A stretch of DNA of 64,000 nt from Oceanicaulis sp. (GCA_040217555.1 JAVJPX010000017.1:29626-93625), one strand, 5' to 3'. Counted from the first letter of the stretch, positions 9,677 to 19,950 are shown. Notes: generated by a model not told the origin, from the sequence alone. Made by a program: numbers and translations.

Positions 9677-10618
9677 ATGAACACAGACACCCAGACCCTT
9701 CGCGCCGGCGTTGTCGGCGCCGGTGTTTTCGGCGGCTATCATGCGTCGAAATACGCCGGCTTCTCCGATGTCGAGTTTCTCGGCGTCTTCGATCCGGTTC
9801 ACGATCACGCCGCATCCCTGTGCGCCAGGCACGGCGGTTCGCCGTTCGAGAGTCTGCAGGCCCTTGTGGAGGCCTGCGACGTCATCTCGGTGGCGAGCCC
9901 GGCGGTGTTCCACCATGACGCGGCCCGGCGGGCGCTGAACGCCGGCAAGGCGGTGCTGGTGGAAAAGCCCCTGGCGGCGACGCTGGAAGAAGCCCGCGAG
10001 CTGGTGCAGATCGCTGATCTGAAAGGCGCGGTGCTGCGCGTGGGCCATCAGGAGCGTTTTGTCTTCGGCGCCATGGGCCTGTTCGGTGACCTGCCCCGGA
10101 TCCAGGCGCTGAACGCCCGGCGCATGGGGACGCCAAGCGCGCGCAATCTGGACGTCTCGGTGACGCTGGACCTGATGATCCACGATATCGATCTCGCCCT
10201 GGCGCTCGCCGGCGCGCGGCCTGACCGGATCGAGGCTGAAATGCTGGAGAACCGCGCCGGGCTCGCCGATCATGTGAAGGCGGTGCTGCACTTTCCCGGC
10301 GGCGTCTCGGCGCGTCTTGAATCCAGCCGCGTTGCGCCCGACCGCGACCGGGTGATGAAAATCGACTATGACGGCGGCGCGCAGGTGAGTGTGGACTTCA
10401 TTTCGCGCGCATTTGAGAATAACGCCGGCCTGGCGCTGGATCCGGACTTCAATGACACCGCCATGGCCAAAGACAGCCTGGGCTCCAATGTCGCGGCCTT
10501 TGTCAGCGCTGCGCGCGGCCAGGACAGCCGGCCGGCGGCCGACGGCGCGGCCGGGCTCGCGGCGCTTGAGGCGGCGCTGCGCATTGATGAGGCCTGCGGC
10601 TCGCGCTCGCGTATTTGA
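9677..10618 (+). CDS. Gfo/Idh/MocA family oxidoreductase
   Basis: N-terminal Rossmann LRAGVVGAGVFGGYHA and the EKP motif (VLVEKPLAATLEEAREL). Confidence 0.85.
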   Translation: MNTDTQTLRAGVVGAGVFGGYHASKYAGFSDVEFLGVFDPVHDHAASLCARHGGSPFESLQALVEACDVISVASPAVFHHDAARRALNAGKAVLVEKPLAATLEEARELVQIADLKGAVLRVGHQERFVFGAMGLFGDLPRIQALNARRMGTPSARNLDVSVTLDLMIHDIDLALALAGARPDRIEAEMLENRAGLADHVKAVLHFPGGVSARLESSRVAPDRDRVMKIDYDGGAQVSVDFISRAFENNAGLALDPDFNDTAMAKDSLGSNVAAFVSAARGQDSRPAADGAAGLAALEAALRIDEACGSRSRI

Positions 10619-10725
10619 TTTCGAGCGTTTGATTTCGTCTTCGGCTGGGTCTAAAGCCAGCCGCCTTGCTTCCATCCGTCAGGCGCGCCGCAGCCCGCGC
10701 GCGCCGCAACCAATCTGGCGTCTCC

Positions 10726-12072
10726 ATGACCGTGAAAGTCCGCTTCGCCCCGAGCCCCACCGGCCGCATCCATGTGGGCAATGTGCGCACTGCGTTGATG
10801 AACGTTCTATTCGCGCGAAAGCACGCCGGCACGGTGCTTCTGCGCATCGACGATACCGATCTGGAGCGCTCCACGGCCGAGTACGAGCAGGGGATCAAGG
10901 ATGATCTCACCTGGCTCGGATTGCTGTGGGAGGAAAGCTTCAGGCAGTCAGAGCGCTTTGATCAGTATGAGGCCGCCAAGCAGGACCTCATCGAAAAGGG
11001 CCTGCTCTACCCCTGCTACGAGACCGAGGACGAGCTGGATCGCAAGCGCAAGATCCAGCGCGCGCAAGGAAAGCCGCCGGTCTATGACCGCGCCGCCCTT
11101 TTGCTCAGCGATGACGAAAAGGCGAAGCTGGAGGCTGAAGGCCGCCGGCCGCACTGGCGCTTCAAGCTGTCGGGCGGGCGTATCGAGTGGAGCGACCTGG
11201 TGCGCGGGCCGAGCCATATCGAGACGAGCTCTGTTTCCGACCCGATCCTGATCCGCGCCGACGGCAGCTATCTCTACACCCTGCCCAGCGTGGTGGACGA
11301 CATCCAGTCAAGCGTCACCCACATCATTCGCGGCGAAGACCATGTCACCAATTCCGCCGCCCAGATCGAGATCTTTGAAGCCATCGGTGGCAAGGGCTCA
11401 GCGCCGCAGTTGGGCCATTTCCCGCTTCTGGTGGGACCGGACGGCGAGAAGCTCTCCAAGCGCCTTGGGTCGCTGGCCATCGCCGATCTGCGCGCGGTGG
11501 AGGGGTTTGAGCCGCTTTCGGTTCTGTCGCTACTGGCCAAGATCGGCACGTCGGATCCGGTGGAGATTCGGACCTCCATCGATCAGCTGGCCGATGATTT
11601 CGACCTGGCGAAGATCTCGCGCACCCCGGCGCGGTTCGACCCGGCCGAGCTGGAGCGCCTGAACGCGAAACTCCTGCATACGCTGGCGTACGCCGAGGTG
11701 AAGGCGCTTCTGCCTGAGCTCGACGCCGACGGCGGCGAGGAGTTCTGGCACGCGGTGCGCCCCAATCTGACCCGTCTGAAAGATGTCGCAGAATGGCGCC
11801 GCCTGGTGGACGGGCCGGTGGAGCCGGTGATCGAGGAGGCCGACTACGCAGCCGAGGCCGCCGCGCTGCTTCCCGCCGCACCGCTGGGGCCCGACAGCTG
11901 GTCTGAATGGACCAACGCCATCAAGGAAAAGACCGGCCGCAAGGGCAAGCAGCTCTTCATGCCGCTCCGCCTGGCGCTCACCGGTCAGCCGCGCGGGCCG
12001 GAAATGTCGGAATTGCTGCCGCTCATCGGCGCCGAGACCGCGAAAAGGCGCCTGGCCGGGGAGAAAGCGTAG
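10726..12072 (+). CDS. gltX: Glutamate--tRNA ligase
   Basis: VRFAPSPTGRIHVGNVRTAL (HIGH-type motif HVGN) and KLSKR (KMSKS-type). 448 aa. Confidence 0.92.
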   Translation: MTVKVRFAPSPTGRIHVGNVRTALMNVLFARKHAGTVLLRIDDTDLERSTAEYEQGIKDDLTWLGLLWEESFRQSERFDQYEAAKQDLIEKGLLYPCYETEDELDRKRKIQRAQGKPPVYDRAALLLSDDEKAKLEAEGRRPHWRFKLSGGRIEWSDLVRGPSHIETSSVSDPILIRADGSYLYTLPSVVDDIQSSVTHIIRGEDHVTNSAAQIEIFEAIGGKGSAPQLGHFPLLVGPDGEKLSKRLGSLAIADLRAVEGFEPLSVLSLLAKIGTSDPVEIRTSIDQLADDFDLAKISRTPARFDPAELERLNAKLLHTLAYAEVKALLPELDADGGEEFWHAVRPNLTRLKDVAEWRRLVDGPVEPVIEEADYAAEAAALLPAAPLGPDSWSEWTNAIKEKTGRKGKQLFMPLRLALTGQPRGPEMSELLPLIGAETAKRRLAGEKA

Positions 12073-12132
12073 CGCTTTCGCCGCTTTAACGGCCCTGTCT
12101 TCCTTGAAGGGGCGGGCGCGGTTTGCAGGCGT

Positions 12133-12750
12133 TCAGCCCCAGCGGCTTACTCTTGGGGCCTTGCGCGGGCGCTCTGTGGGATCTTCGGTGGCCGTGCCCA
12201 CATAGATGAAACCGGCGACTCGCTCGCCGGGATCAAGGCCAAGCGCCTTCTTCGCCACCTTGTCATAGGCGTACCATTCGGTGAGCCATTGGGCGGCGAA
12301 GCCCAAGGCGCTGGCGGCGATCAGCATGGTCTGACACACCGCGCCGGCCGACAGGATCTGCTCCCATTCGGGGATCTTGTGGTTTTCCGAGGCGTCGCTG
12401 ATCACCGCGATCACCACCGGCGCGCGTTCAAAGCGGCCCCGCTCCAGGGCGTAGCGCTCGGCCGGGCCGTCGGGCTCGATTTCGCGCAGCCGTGCTTCCA
12501 GGATTTCGCCGAACCGGGCGCGGGCCTCGCCTTCGAACACCACAAAGCGCCAGGGAAACAGCTTGCCGTGATCGGGCGTGCGCGCGGCGATTTGCAAAAG
12601 CGTCTCCAGCTGGTCGGGCGAGGGGCCGGGTCCGGTCATGGATTTGGCGGTGGTGGAGCGCCGGCGCGCCAGCAGCTCCAGCGCCTCTGCGCTGGGGTGG
12701 GCGGGCGCGAGGGTTTGCCCGGATTCGGGAAAGGTCGGCGCGTTCGTCAT
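12133..12750 (-). CDS. Nitroreductase family protein (YdjA-like)
   Basis: LLARRRSTTAKSMTGPGPSPDQLETLLQIAARTPDHGKLFPWRF is characteristic of the small NAD(P)H nitroreductase family. Confidence 0.85.
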   Translation of the reverse strand: MTNAPTFPESGQTLAPAHPSAEALELLARRRSTTAKSMTGPGPSPDQLETLLQIAARTPDHGKLFPWRFVVFEGEARARFGEILEARLREIEPDGPAERYALERGRFERAPVVIAVISDASENHKIPEWEQILSAGAVCQTMLIAASALGFAAQWLTEWYAYDKVAKKALGLDPGERVAGFIYVGTATEDPTERPRKAPRVSRWG

Positions 12751-12893
12751 TTTGATGATCCCAAGGTCGGCGCGCGGCGCGGGATCGCTCAGCGCGCGGA
12801 GTTTTGTGGATTGCTTAGGCGCGGGATATACCTGAAGCTTGAAGAGTGCGCTTGCAAGGGTGCGCCACCGCAGGACAAGGGAATTTCACGCTC

Positions 12894-13586
12894 ATGGCGG
12901 CCGAGACCATCAGCGAAGACGACCTCACCCCGGCCGAGCGCCGGCGGCGAAAGGTGCGCGATTCCATTATCAGCGCGGCTGAGGCGATTTTCGCCGAGGA
13001 CGGCGAGGCGGGTCTGTCCATGCGCCGCATCGCCGAGCGCATCGATTATTCGCCGGCCGCCCTCTACAAGTATTTTGACTCCAAGGAGGCGCTGTACCGC
13101 GAGATCCGCGAGCAATTCTTCGAGCGCCTGCTGGGGCGCATGCAGCAGGTCTGCGTCGACCTTCAGGACGGTCCGCTGCTTTGCACCAAATGCATGCGCG
13201 CCTATGTGGAGACCGGGCTGGAGCAGCCCGCCCATTACAAGCTCGCCTTCGGCGGGGTGTGGGACGAGGCGGACGCGCCCCATGAGGACAGCTTCGCCTA
13301 TGCCGCCGCCGAACACCTTCATCAGATGATCGAGCAGTCCATGGCCGCAGGCTGGTTCCGTAAGGCCAACCTGGAGCTCGCGTCCAACTCCGTCTGGGCC
13401 GCATCCCACGGCCTGACCATGCTGGCCGTCACCGTGCCGGACTTTCCGAAAGAAAAATTCCCCGGCTGCGTTGACGATCCCGCGCTCAGCCTGGACGCCA
13501 TGATCGCCTTCCATGCCGAGATGGTGATGCGCGGCCTTGGCTCGGATCGCCTGATCGAGCGCTTGAACGCCGGGCTTAAGGTATAA
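12894..13586 (+). CDS. TetR/AcrR family transcriptional regulator
   Basis: HTH region IISAAEAIFAEDGEAGLSMRRIAERIDYSPAALYKYFDSKEALY. Sits directly upstream of the efflux genes. Confidence 0.88.
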   Translation: MAAETISEDDLTPAERRRRKVRDSIISAAEAIFAEDGEAGLSMRRIAERIDYSPAALYKYFDSKEALYREIREQFFERLLGRMQQVCVDLQDGPLLCTKCMRAYVETGLEQPAHYKLAFGGVWDEADAPHEDSFAYAAAEHLHQMIEQSMAAGWFRKANLELASNSVWAASHGLTMLAVTVPDFPKEKFPGCVDDPALSLDAMIAFHAEMVMRGLGSDRLIERLNAGLKV

Positions 13587-13691
13587 AAAACAACGCCTTG
13601 TAAAATAAATCTGATTGTGAACACTGTTTACTTTCCGAACACCGGTAACTGACTTATATTCCCATTCGAAACTTGGGTGGGAGTCAGCGCC

Positions 13692-14822
13692 ATGGCGCGC
13701 ATTGCATCAATAGTCGGCGGCCGTTTCGCGCTCGGCGTGCTCGCTGCAGCCCTGGCGCTGGGGGTGGTGATCGTGGCGGTCAGTTCGCTGCGCGGCGCTG
13801 ATGCAGGACCGGGGGCGGCGGTCACAGCGGAGCCGATACCCGTAGACGCCCTTTCGGCGGATTATTCTGACCTCACCCTCATCGAAAGCGCCTATCCGGG
13901 CCTTGTGGAGGCGCGCCGGTCCAGTGCGCTGGGCTTCGAAACCGGCGGGCGGGTGGCTGAAATCAGTGCCGATGTGGGTGACCGCGTAGTCGCCGGGCAG
14001 TCGCTTGCACGCCTCGACACGCGTTCGCTGGCAGCTTCGCTCGCCGCGGCGCGGGCGCAGGCTGCCGCCGCCGACGCCCAGGCCCGCCTCGCCGAAGTGA
14101 CGCTGGAGCGCCGCCGCACTCTGGTGGAGCAGGGCCATGTCTCGGCTCAGGCGCTCGATCAGGCCGAAGCTGACTATAACGCCGCGCGCGCCAGCGCCGC
14201 GGCCTCGCGCGCCACGGCCGATCAGGTTCGCGTGCAGATCGATCTTGCGACGCTCACCGCGCCCTACGATGCGGTCATCGTCGCGCGCAGCCTGGACGAG
14301 GGCGCCGTGGCGGCGCCGGGCGGCGCTGTGCTGACCCTGGTGGAGGATTCTGCGCTGGAAATTCGCGTCGGCCTGCCCGCCGGGCAAGCCCGCAAGATCA
14401 CACCCGGTGAGCTTTACCCTTTCGACATCGCTGGTGAGCAGCACACGGCGCGCCTTCGGGCTCAGACCGGGGTGATCAGCTCCGGCGCGCGCTCGGTGGA
14501 AGCGGTGTTCGACCTTGAAGACGCGGCGGGCGTGCAAAGTGGCGCAGTGGCGCGCCTGCTTCTCTCCACCGAGCTTCGTCAGCGCGGCTTCTGGGCGCCG
14601 CTCAGCGCGCTGTCCGAAGGCCGGCGCGGGCTCTGGTCGGTCTATGCTCTGGTGGCTGAAGGCGACGCCTGGCGTCTGGAGCCGCGGCCGGTGGAGATTC
14701 TGCACAGCGAGGGCGATCGTGTCTTCCTCACCGGCGCGGTGGAGGAGGGCAGCCTGATCCTGTCGGCCGGCGTGCATCGCGTGACGCCGGGCCAGCGCGT
14801 CGCGCCGCGCCGCGAGGGCTGA
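13692..14822 (+). CDS. Efflux RND transporter periplasmic adaptor (MFP/HlyD family)
   Basis: ATG at 13692 is preceded by GGGAG. Has an N-terminal TM, coiled-coil hairpin (LAAARAQAAAADAQARLAEVTLERRRTL...) and beta-barrel motifs (LTAPYDAVIVARS). Confidence 0.85.
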   Translation: MARIASIVGGRFALGVLAAALALGVVIVAVSSLRGADAGPGAAVTAEPIPVDALSADYSDLTLIESAYPGLVEARRSSALGFETGGRVAEISADVGDRVVAGQSLARLDTRSLAASLAAARAQAAAADAQARLAEVTLERRRTLVEQGHVSAQALDQAEADYNAARASAAASRATADQVRVQIDLATLTAPYDAVIVARSLDEGAVAAPGGAVLTLVEDSALEIRVGLPAGQARKITPGELYPFDIAGEQHTARLRAQTGVISSGARSVEAVFDLEDAAGVQSGAVARLLLSTELRQRGFWAPLSALSEGRRGLWSVYALVAEGDAWRLEPRPVEILHSEGDRVFLTGAVEEGSLILSAGVHRVTPGQRVAPRREG

Positions 14823-14826
14823 CCCC

Positions 14827-17800
14827 ATGGGCTCGCTATCCTCACTGTTTTTCCGCCTTCCTCGATTGACGGTGCTCACTCTGTTCCTCGTGGTGGTGGC
14901 GGGGCTCGCGGCGCTGGCCGTGGTCGGGCGCCAGGAAGATCCCAGCCTCACCGAGCGCTTCGGCAACATCATCGCTCCTTTTCCTGGCGCCGACGCGGCG
15001 CGGGTGGAGGCGCTCGTCACCGAGCCTCTGGAAGCTGCGCTCCAAGAGCTTGTGGAGGTCGACGAGATCGACTCGGTGTCGCGCGCCAATATCGCAGTGC
15101 TGGACATCAATATTCGCGAGGACCTCACCGGCGCCGAGGTCGAGCAGGCCTGGACCAAGATCCGCGACGCCGTGTCCGGCGCCGCAGCCGGCCTGCCTGA
15201 CGGGGTCGGGACCGTGGAGGTGCGCCGCCAGTATACCGGCGCGGCGACGCTGGTGGTGGCGCTGACCTGGCCTGAAGGCGCGGACGCCGGTTTCGGCCCG
15301 CTGGGACGCCTGTCGCGCGATCTCGCCGACCGCATTCGTGCGGTGTCCGGAACCGACGAGACCCGCGTGTTCGGCGCGCCGGAAGAAGAAGTGCGCGTTA
15401 CGCTGGACCCCGAAGCCGCCGCAGCGCTGGGCCTCACGCCCTCCGACATCGCCGCGGTGCTCGCCCGCTCCGACGCCAAGACGCCTGCGGGCCGCCTGAC
15501 GGGTGGAACGCTGGATCTAACGGTAGAGGTGGACGGCGCCTTCGACAGCCTGGACCGGCTTCGGGCCGCGCCGATTTCGGGGTCGGGAGGAGACTTCGTT
15601 CGGCTGGGCGATATCGCCGACATCGAACGCGGGGAACGTCAGCCGGCCGCCTCACGCGCGCTCATCAATGGCGAGCGCACGATTCTGGTGGCGGGGTATC
15701 TTGAACCGGGCCTTCAGGTCTCGGCCTGGGATTCGCGCGCCCAGGAGGCGGTGACCGCCTTCGCCTCCGCCAATCCGGGCGTAGAGGTGGAGATCGTCTT
15801 CGCCCAGGCTGAATATGTCGTGGACCGGCTTTCAGGGCTCGCGATCAATCTGGGTTTCTCCGCGCTCATCGTGTTTGCGGTGCTGTTTGTGATGATGGGC
15901 TGGCGCGCCGCCCTGATCACCGGCTCGGCCCTGCCGCTTACGGTTCTGCTGGTGGTGCTGCTGATCAATCTGTTCGGCGAGCCCTTGCACCAGATGTCGG
16001 TGACAGGACTCGTGGTGGCGCTGGGGCTCTTGATCGATAACGCCATTGTCGTGGTGGACGATTACCGGCTGTTGCGCGCACGCGGGCTGGAGCGCCTGGC
16101 CGCGGTGGAAAAGGCGGTGAAGACCCTGTTCGGGCCGCTTCTGGCCTCCACGCTCACAACGATTTTCGCTTTTGCGCCCATCGCGCTCATGCCGGGTTCG
16201 GCGGGCGAGTTCATCGGCATGATCGGCACGTCGGTGATCTTTGCGGTGGCCGCCAGCTTCGTGCTCGCCTTCACCGTCATTCTCGCTTTGGCCGCCTGGT
16301 TTGACGATGGACGGGCCGGTCAGCCCGACCAGCCCTGGTGGCGCGACGGGCTGCGCTCCAAGCCTCTGGCGGGGATCTATCGCAAGGCGCTGGACGGGAT
16401 AATCGCCCAGCCTCTGCTCGGCCTTGTGGCGGGCGTGATGCTGCCTGTGGCCGGCTTCGCCGCCGCCACCACTCTCACCAGCCAGTTCTTTCCGCAGACC
16501 GAGCGGGACATGTTCCAGCTGCGCCTGGTCGCGCCGCCCTCAGGCTCCATCGACGAGACCGAGCGGCGGGTCGTCGAAGCCACGGCGCTTCTGGAGCAGC
16601 GCGAAGAGATTCTGGATATTGTCTGGGTGCTGGGGGAGAGCGGGCCGCGAATCTACTACAACATGCTCGGCGGCGTCTCCGGCCAGCCCAATTTCGCGCA
16701 GGGCTTCGTTCGCACCGGCTCCACCGATGAAACGCGCCGGATAGTGGCCGACGTCCAGGCCGAGCTTCGCCGCAGCTTTCCCGACTCCCAGCTCCTCGCC
16801 CTGCCGTTCGAGCAGGGCCCGCCCGCCGACGCACCCATCGAGCTCACACTTGTGGGGCCCGATCTGGCGGTTCTGGACACGCTGGCCGACGATATTCGCC
16901 TGATCCTGGCTGCGACGCCCGGCGTGACCTATACCGAGGCTGGCCTGGCGCGGGGCGAGCCCATGGTGCGCCTTAACGCCGATGAGGCGGGCGCGAGCCT
17001 CGCCGGGCTGCGCCTTACCGATCTGGCGTCAAGCCTGCGCGGCCAGATCGACGGGGTGACCGGCGGCTCGGTGCTGGAGGGCGTGGAGGAATTGCCGGTC
17101 CGCGTGATCGCTCCGCAATCGCGCCGCGACCGCCCCGACATCCTCGGCGCCGCGCCGATGCCGGCCCGGCCCGGGCAGGCGCCGTCCAGCCTCTCCGCGT
17201 TTGGAGAATTCACCCTGTCTCCGGAAACCTCGGTGATCACGCGCACTGACGGCCAGCGCTCCAATGCGGTGTACGGCTTCTTGAGCCCTTATGTGCTGCC
17301 GGCGCCGGTGCTGGCCGATTTCTTTGCGCGCATGGACGCCGCCGGTCTGGAGCCGCCGGACGGCTATCGTGTCATCATTGGCGGCGAGGCGGAAAACCAG
17401 GGCGAGGCCATGGCCGATCTCATGTCCACCGCCGGGCCGCTTCTGGTGCTCATGGTCGCGGCGGTGGTGCTGGCGTTCAACTCGTTCCGCTACGCCGGAG
17501 TGATCTTCGTGGTGGGGTTTTTGTCGGTGGGGCTCGCCATGTTCGGTGTCTGGCTGTTCGGCACGCCTCTGGGCTTTAACGCCATTGTCGGCGCGCTGGG
17601 CCTTGTGGGGCTGTCGATCAACGGCTCCATCGTCGTGCTCTCTGCGCTCAAAGCCAATGACAAGGCGCGCGCCGGCGACCCCGAGGCGATCCGCGAGACG
17701 GTGGTGGACGCCACCCGGCACATCCTCGCCACGACGCTCACGACCATCGGCGGCTTCGCGCCGCTTTTGATCCAGGGCGACAGCTTCTGGCTGCCTTTCG

Positions 17801-17925
17801 CCGCCGCCGTGGCCGGCGGGGTGTCGGGCTCGGCGCTGCTTGCGCTGGTGTTCGCTCCGTCCGCCTTCGTGCTGCTGGCCCGATTTGACCGGCCGGCAAT
17901 CGCGGGCGAGCCTCAGCCAGCTTGA
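14827..17925 (+). CDS. Efflux RND transporter permease (AcrB/AcrD/AcrF family)
   Basis: 1032 aa with a 12-TM-type layout and conserved LGLLIDNAIVVVD and TTIGGFAPL segments. No outer-membrane factor gene in the window. Confidence 0.92.
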   Translation: MGSLSSLFFRLPRLTVLTLFLVVVAGLAALAVVGRQEDPSLTERFGNIIAPFPGADAARVEALVTEPLEAALQELVEVDEIDSVSRANIAVLDINIREDLTGAEVEQAWTKIRDAVSGAAAGLPDGVGTVEVRRQYTGAATLVVALTWPEGADAGFGPLGRLSRDLADRIRAVSGTDETRVFGAPEEEVRVTLDPEAAAALGLTPSDIAAVLARSDAKTPAGRLTGGTLDLTVEVDGAFDSLDRLRAAPISGSGGDFVRLGDIADIERGERQPAASRALINGERTILVAGYLEPGLQVSAWDSRAQEAVTAFASANPGVEVEIVFAQAEYVVDRLSGLAINLGFSALIVFAVLFVMMGWRAALITGSALPLTVLLVVLLINLFGEPLHQMSVTGLVVALGLLIDNAIVVVDDYRLLRARGLERLAAVEKAVKTLFGPLLASTLTTIFAFAPIALMPGSAGEFIGMIGTSVIFAVAASFVLAFTVILALAAWFDDGRAGQPDQPWWRDGLRSKPLAGIYRKALDGIIAQPLLGLVAGVMLPVAGFAAATTLTSQFFPQTERDMFQLRLVAPPSGSIDETERRVVEATALLEQREEILDIVWVLGESGPRIYYNMLGGVSGQPNFAQGFVRTGSTDETRRIVADVQAELRRSFPDSQLLALPFEQGPPADAPIELTLVGPDLAVLDTLADDIRLILAATPGVTYTEAGLARGEPMVRLNADEAGASLAGLRLTDLASSLRGQIDGVTGGSVLEGVEELPVRVIAPQSRRDRPDILGAAPMPARPGQAPSSLSAFGEFTLSPETSVITRTDGQRSNAVYGFLSPYVLPAPVLADFFARMDAAGLEPPDGYRVIIGGEAENQGEAMADLMSTAGPLLVLMVAAVVLAFNSFRYAGVIFVVGFLSVGLAMFGVWLFGTPLGFNAIVGALGLVGLSINGSIVVLSALKANDKARAGDPEAIRETVVDATRHILATTLTTIGGFAPLLIQGDSFWLPFAAAVAGGVSGSALLALVFAPSAFVLLARFDRPAIAGEPQPA

Positions 17926-17960
17926 AGCGGCCTGAAGCGGCCTGAAGCGGCCTGAAGCGG
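17921..17960 (+). repeat. 4 x 10-bp perfect-phase tandem repeat (cttgaagcgg, then cctgaagcgg x3) overlapping the RND stop codon
   Basis: Read directly. Unit 1 contains the TGA stop (17923-17925). The array is flanked by the imperfect inverted pair cctcagcc / ggctgagc. Confidence 0.9.
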
Positions 17961-17972
17961 AAGGGGCTGAGC

Positions 17973-18566
17973 ATGCAAAAACGCGGTCCCTGGACTATCC
18001 ACGCCGAACAGCTCGCTTACCAGAACCCCTGGATGAGCGTGCGCGAGTATGATGTGACGCTCCCTGACGGCTCGCCCGGACTTTATGGCGTGATGGAGCC
18101 GAATTTTCATGCCGTCGGAATCTGCCCGGTCTTTGAAAACGGCGATACGCTGCTGGTGGGCCAGCACCGGTTTCCGCTGGATGAGTTCAGCTGGGAGCTG
18201 CCCGAGGGCGGCGCCCCCAAGGGCGAAGATCCGCTGATCACCGCGCGCCGCGAACTGGCAGAAGAAACCGGCTACACAGCAGCCCACTATCGCCATCTGA
18301 CCAGCCTGGATCTATCCAATTCGGTCACTGACGAGCGCGCCGACGGCTATCTCGCCTGGGGGCTCACCGAGGGCGCGCCGGAGCGCGAGGGCAGCGAAGC
18401 GGACATGAAAATGAAACGGCTTCCATTGCAGAGTGCGTTGGCCATGGCCATGTCAGGCGAGATCCGCGATGCGTTTTCGGTGGTGATGCTGGCGACGGCG
18501 GATTATCTCGCCCGCACCGGCGCCCTTGATAAAGATCTCGCCCGAGCCATTCTGACGCGCCCGTAA
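17973..18566 (+). CDS. NUDIX hydrolase (ADP-ribose pyrophosphatase-like)
   Basis: Nudix box ELPEGGAPKGEDPLITARRELAEETGY. Confidence 0.85.
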   Translation: MQKRGPWTIHAEQLAYQNPWMSVREYDVTLPDGSPGLYGVMEPNFHAVGICPVFENGDTLLVGQHRFPLDEFSWELPEGGAPKGEDPLITARRELAEETGYTAAHYRHLTSLDLSNSVTDERADGYLAWGLTEGAPEREGSEADMKMKRLPLQSALAMAMSGEIRDAFSVVMLATADYLARTGALDKDLARAILTRP

Positions 18567-18591
18567 GGATGCGAAGTTTTTCGGAGACCGC

Positions 18592-19407
18592 ATGTCGCTT
18601 CTCAAACCCGCCCACCGAGAAGACCAGGGCCTTCAGGACCGGGTCTGGTCGCGCCTGCGCTTCGAGGCGGCCTCCGCAGCCGCCGGCGAGCCGGTCCTTG
18701 CAAGCTTCCTCAACGCGGCGATCCTGCGCCATGACAGCTTTGCCGAAGCGCTCGCCCACCGCATTGCGGAGAAGATGGCCGACGCCCAGCTCGATCTTTT
18801 ACAGATGCACGATATCGCGAGGGAGGCTCTGACCGCCGATCCGAAGATCGCCACCTGCGCGGCGGCCGACATGATGGCGGTGGACGAGCGCGATCCGGCC
18901 AGCCGCTCGCTTCTCCAGCCCTTCCTCTACTTCAAGGGCTTCCACGCCCTTCTCTGCTACCGCATCGCCCACTGGCTGATGGGTGAGGAGCGCGAGACGC
19001 TCGCCTTCCACCTGCAAAGCCGGATGAGCGAGCGCTTCGGCGTCGACATCAATCCGTCGGCGCTTCTGGGCTGCGGCATCATGATCGACCACGCCACGTC
19101 GGTGACGATCGGCGAAACTGCGGTGGTGGGCGACGACGTTTCTATCCTGCATGAGGTGACGTTGGGCGGCACCGGCGCCGACGAGGCCGACCGCCACCCC
19201 AAAATCGGGCGCGGCGTGCTGATCGGCGCGGGCGCGAAAGTGCTGGGCAATATCACCGTGGGCGACGAGGCGCGCATCGCCGCCGGCTCGGTGGTGCTGC
19301 AGCCGGTTCCGGCGCGCTGCACCGTGGCCGGGGTTCCGGCAAAGCCGGTGGGCGGCTCTTGCGCCGAGCCCGCCCGCAGCATGGATCAGACCTTGCCCCA
19401 AGGGTGA
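18592..19407 (+). CDS. cysE: Serine O-acetyltransferase
   Basis: SAT N-domain (YFKGFHALLCYRIAHWL) plus hexapeptide region (GVDINPSALLGCGIMIDHATSVTIGETAVVGDDVSILHEVTLGG...DRHPKIG). Confidence 0.92.
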   Translation: MSLLKPAHREDQGLQDRVWSRLRFEAASAAAGEPVLASFLNAAILRHDSFAEALAHRIAEKMADAQLDLLQMHDIAREALTADPKIATCAAADMMAVDERDPASRSLLQPFLYFKGFHALLCYRIAHWLMGEERETLAFHLQSRMSERFGVDINPSALLGCGIMIDHATSVTIGETAVVGDDVSILHEVTLGGTGADEADRHPKIGRGVLIGAGAKVLGNITVGDEARIAAGSVVLQPVPARCTVAGVPAKPVGGSCAEPARSMDQTLPQG

Positions 19408-19437
19408 GGATGGTGGGGATAACGCAGAGCTCGTGGT

Positions 19438-19950
19438 CTAAACCCCTACACCCAGAACTTCGCGGGCTTTGTCCCGGTGGTCTTCAGTGATCGATCCGCC
19501 GACCTGGGCGATGATGGTGGCCAGCACCGTGCCGTCGTCTGCAAAGCCCATCACCCCGAGGAAGTCGGGGATGATGTCGAAGGTCCACAGAAAATAGATC
19601 AGCCCGAACACCAGCGCGGCGCGCGCATAAAGCGGCGTCGCCGGATCGCGCATGGCGTAATAGGCCGCCAGCAAATCCTCCAGAAAAGGGACCTGGCGAG
19701 CGACACGCTTCAGCTTGTCCCAGAAATTCGCCTCGACCTTGGCCTGGTCCCTGGCGACCTCGGCTTCAGTTTTCTGTGCGGCCTCGGCGATTTTCTCCTG
19801 GGCCACATCTTCGGCGCGGTCCAGCGCCTTGGCGCGGCCGCCCTTGTAGAGGACCGCATATTCCTCGCCGGCGCGTTCTTCGATGCGCAAAAGTTCACGC
19901 CGTGCTTTGGCCGGCTTGAACAGTCGCAATGGCTTGTCGCGTCCGAACAT
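19438..19950 (-). CDS. YkvA/DUF1232 family membrane protein
   Basis: C-terminal LIYFLWTFDIIPDFLGVMGFADDGTVLATI matches the DUF1232 signature (DxIPDxxPxxGxxDD). Confidence 0.75.
   Translation of the reverse strand: MFGRDKPLRLFKPAKARRELLRIEERAGEEYAVLYKGGRAKALDRAEDVAQEKIAEAAQKTEAEVARDQAKVEANFWDKLKRVARQVPFLEDLLAAYYAMRDPATPLYARAALVFGLIYFLWTFDIIPDFLGVMGFADDGTVLATIIAQVGGSITEDHRDKAREVLGVGV

Noticed and set aside
13587-13691. TetR operator in the AT-rich spacer before the efflux genes
   Set aside because: Only a weak gtaaa...tttac inverted pair was found, with no convincing 15-bp-class palindrome. The region is probably a promoter, but I cannot define the site.
13707-15623. 638-aa ORF on the - strand
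   Set aside because: It is antisense to the MFP and RND genes, has Arg/Ala/Ser/Gly-rich shadow-ORF composition typical of high-GC DNA, and carries no motifs. The + strand products have clear efflux-family signatures.
17921-17960. Possible CRISPR array (also 24413-24445)
   Set aside because: The units are 10-11 bp and directly abutting, with no spacers. There are no cas genes anywhere in the window.
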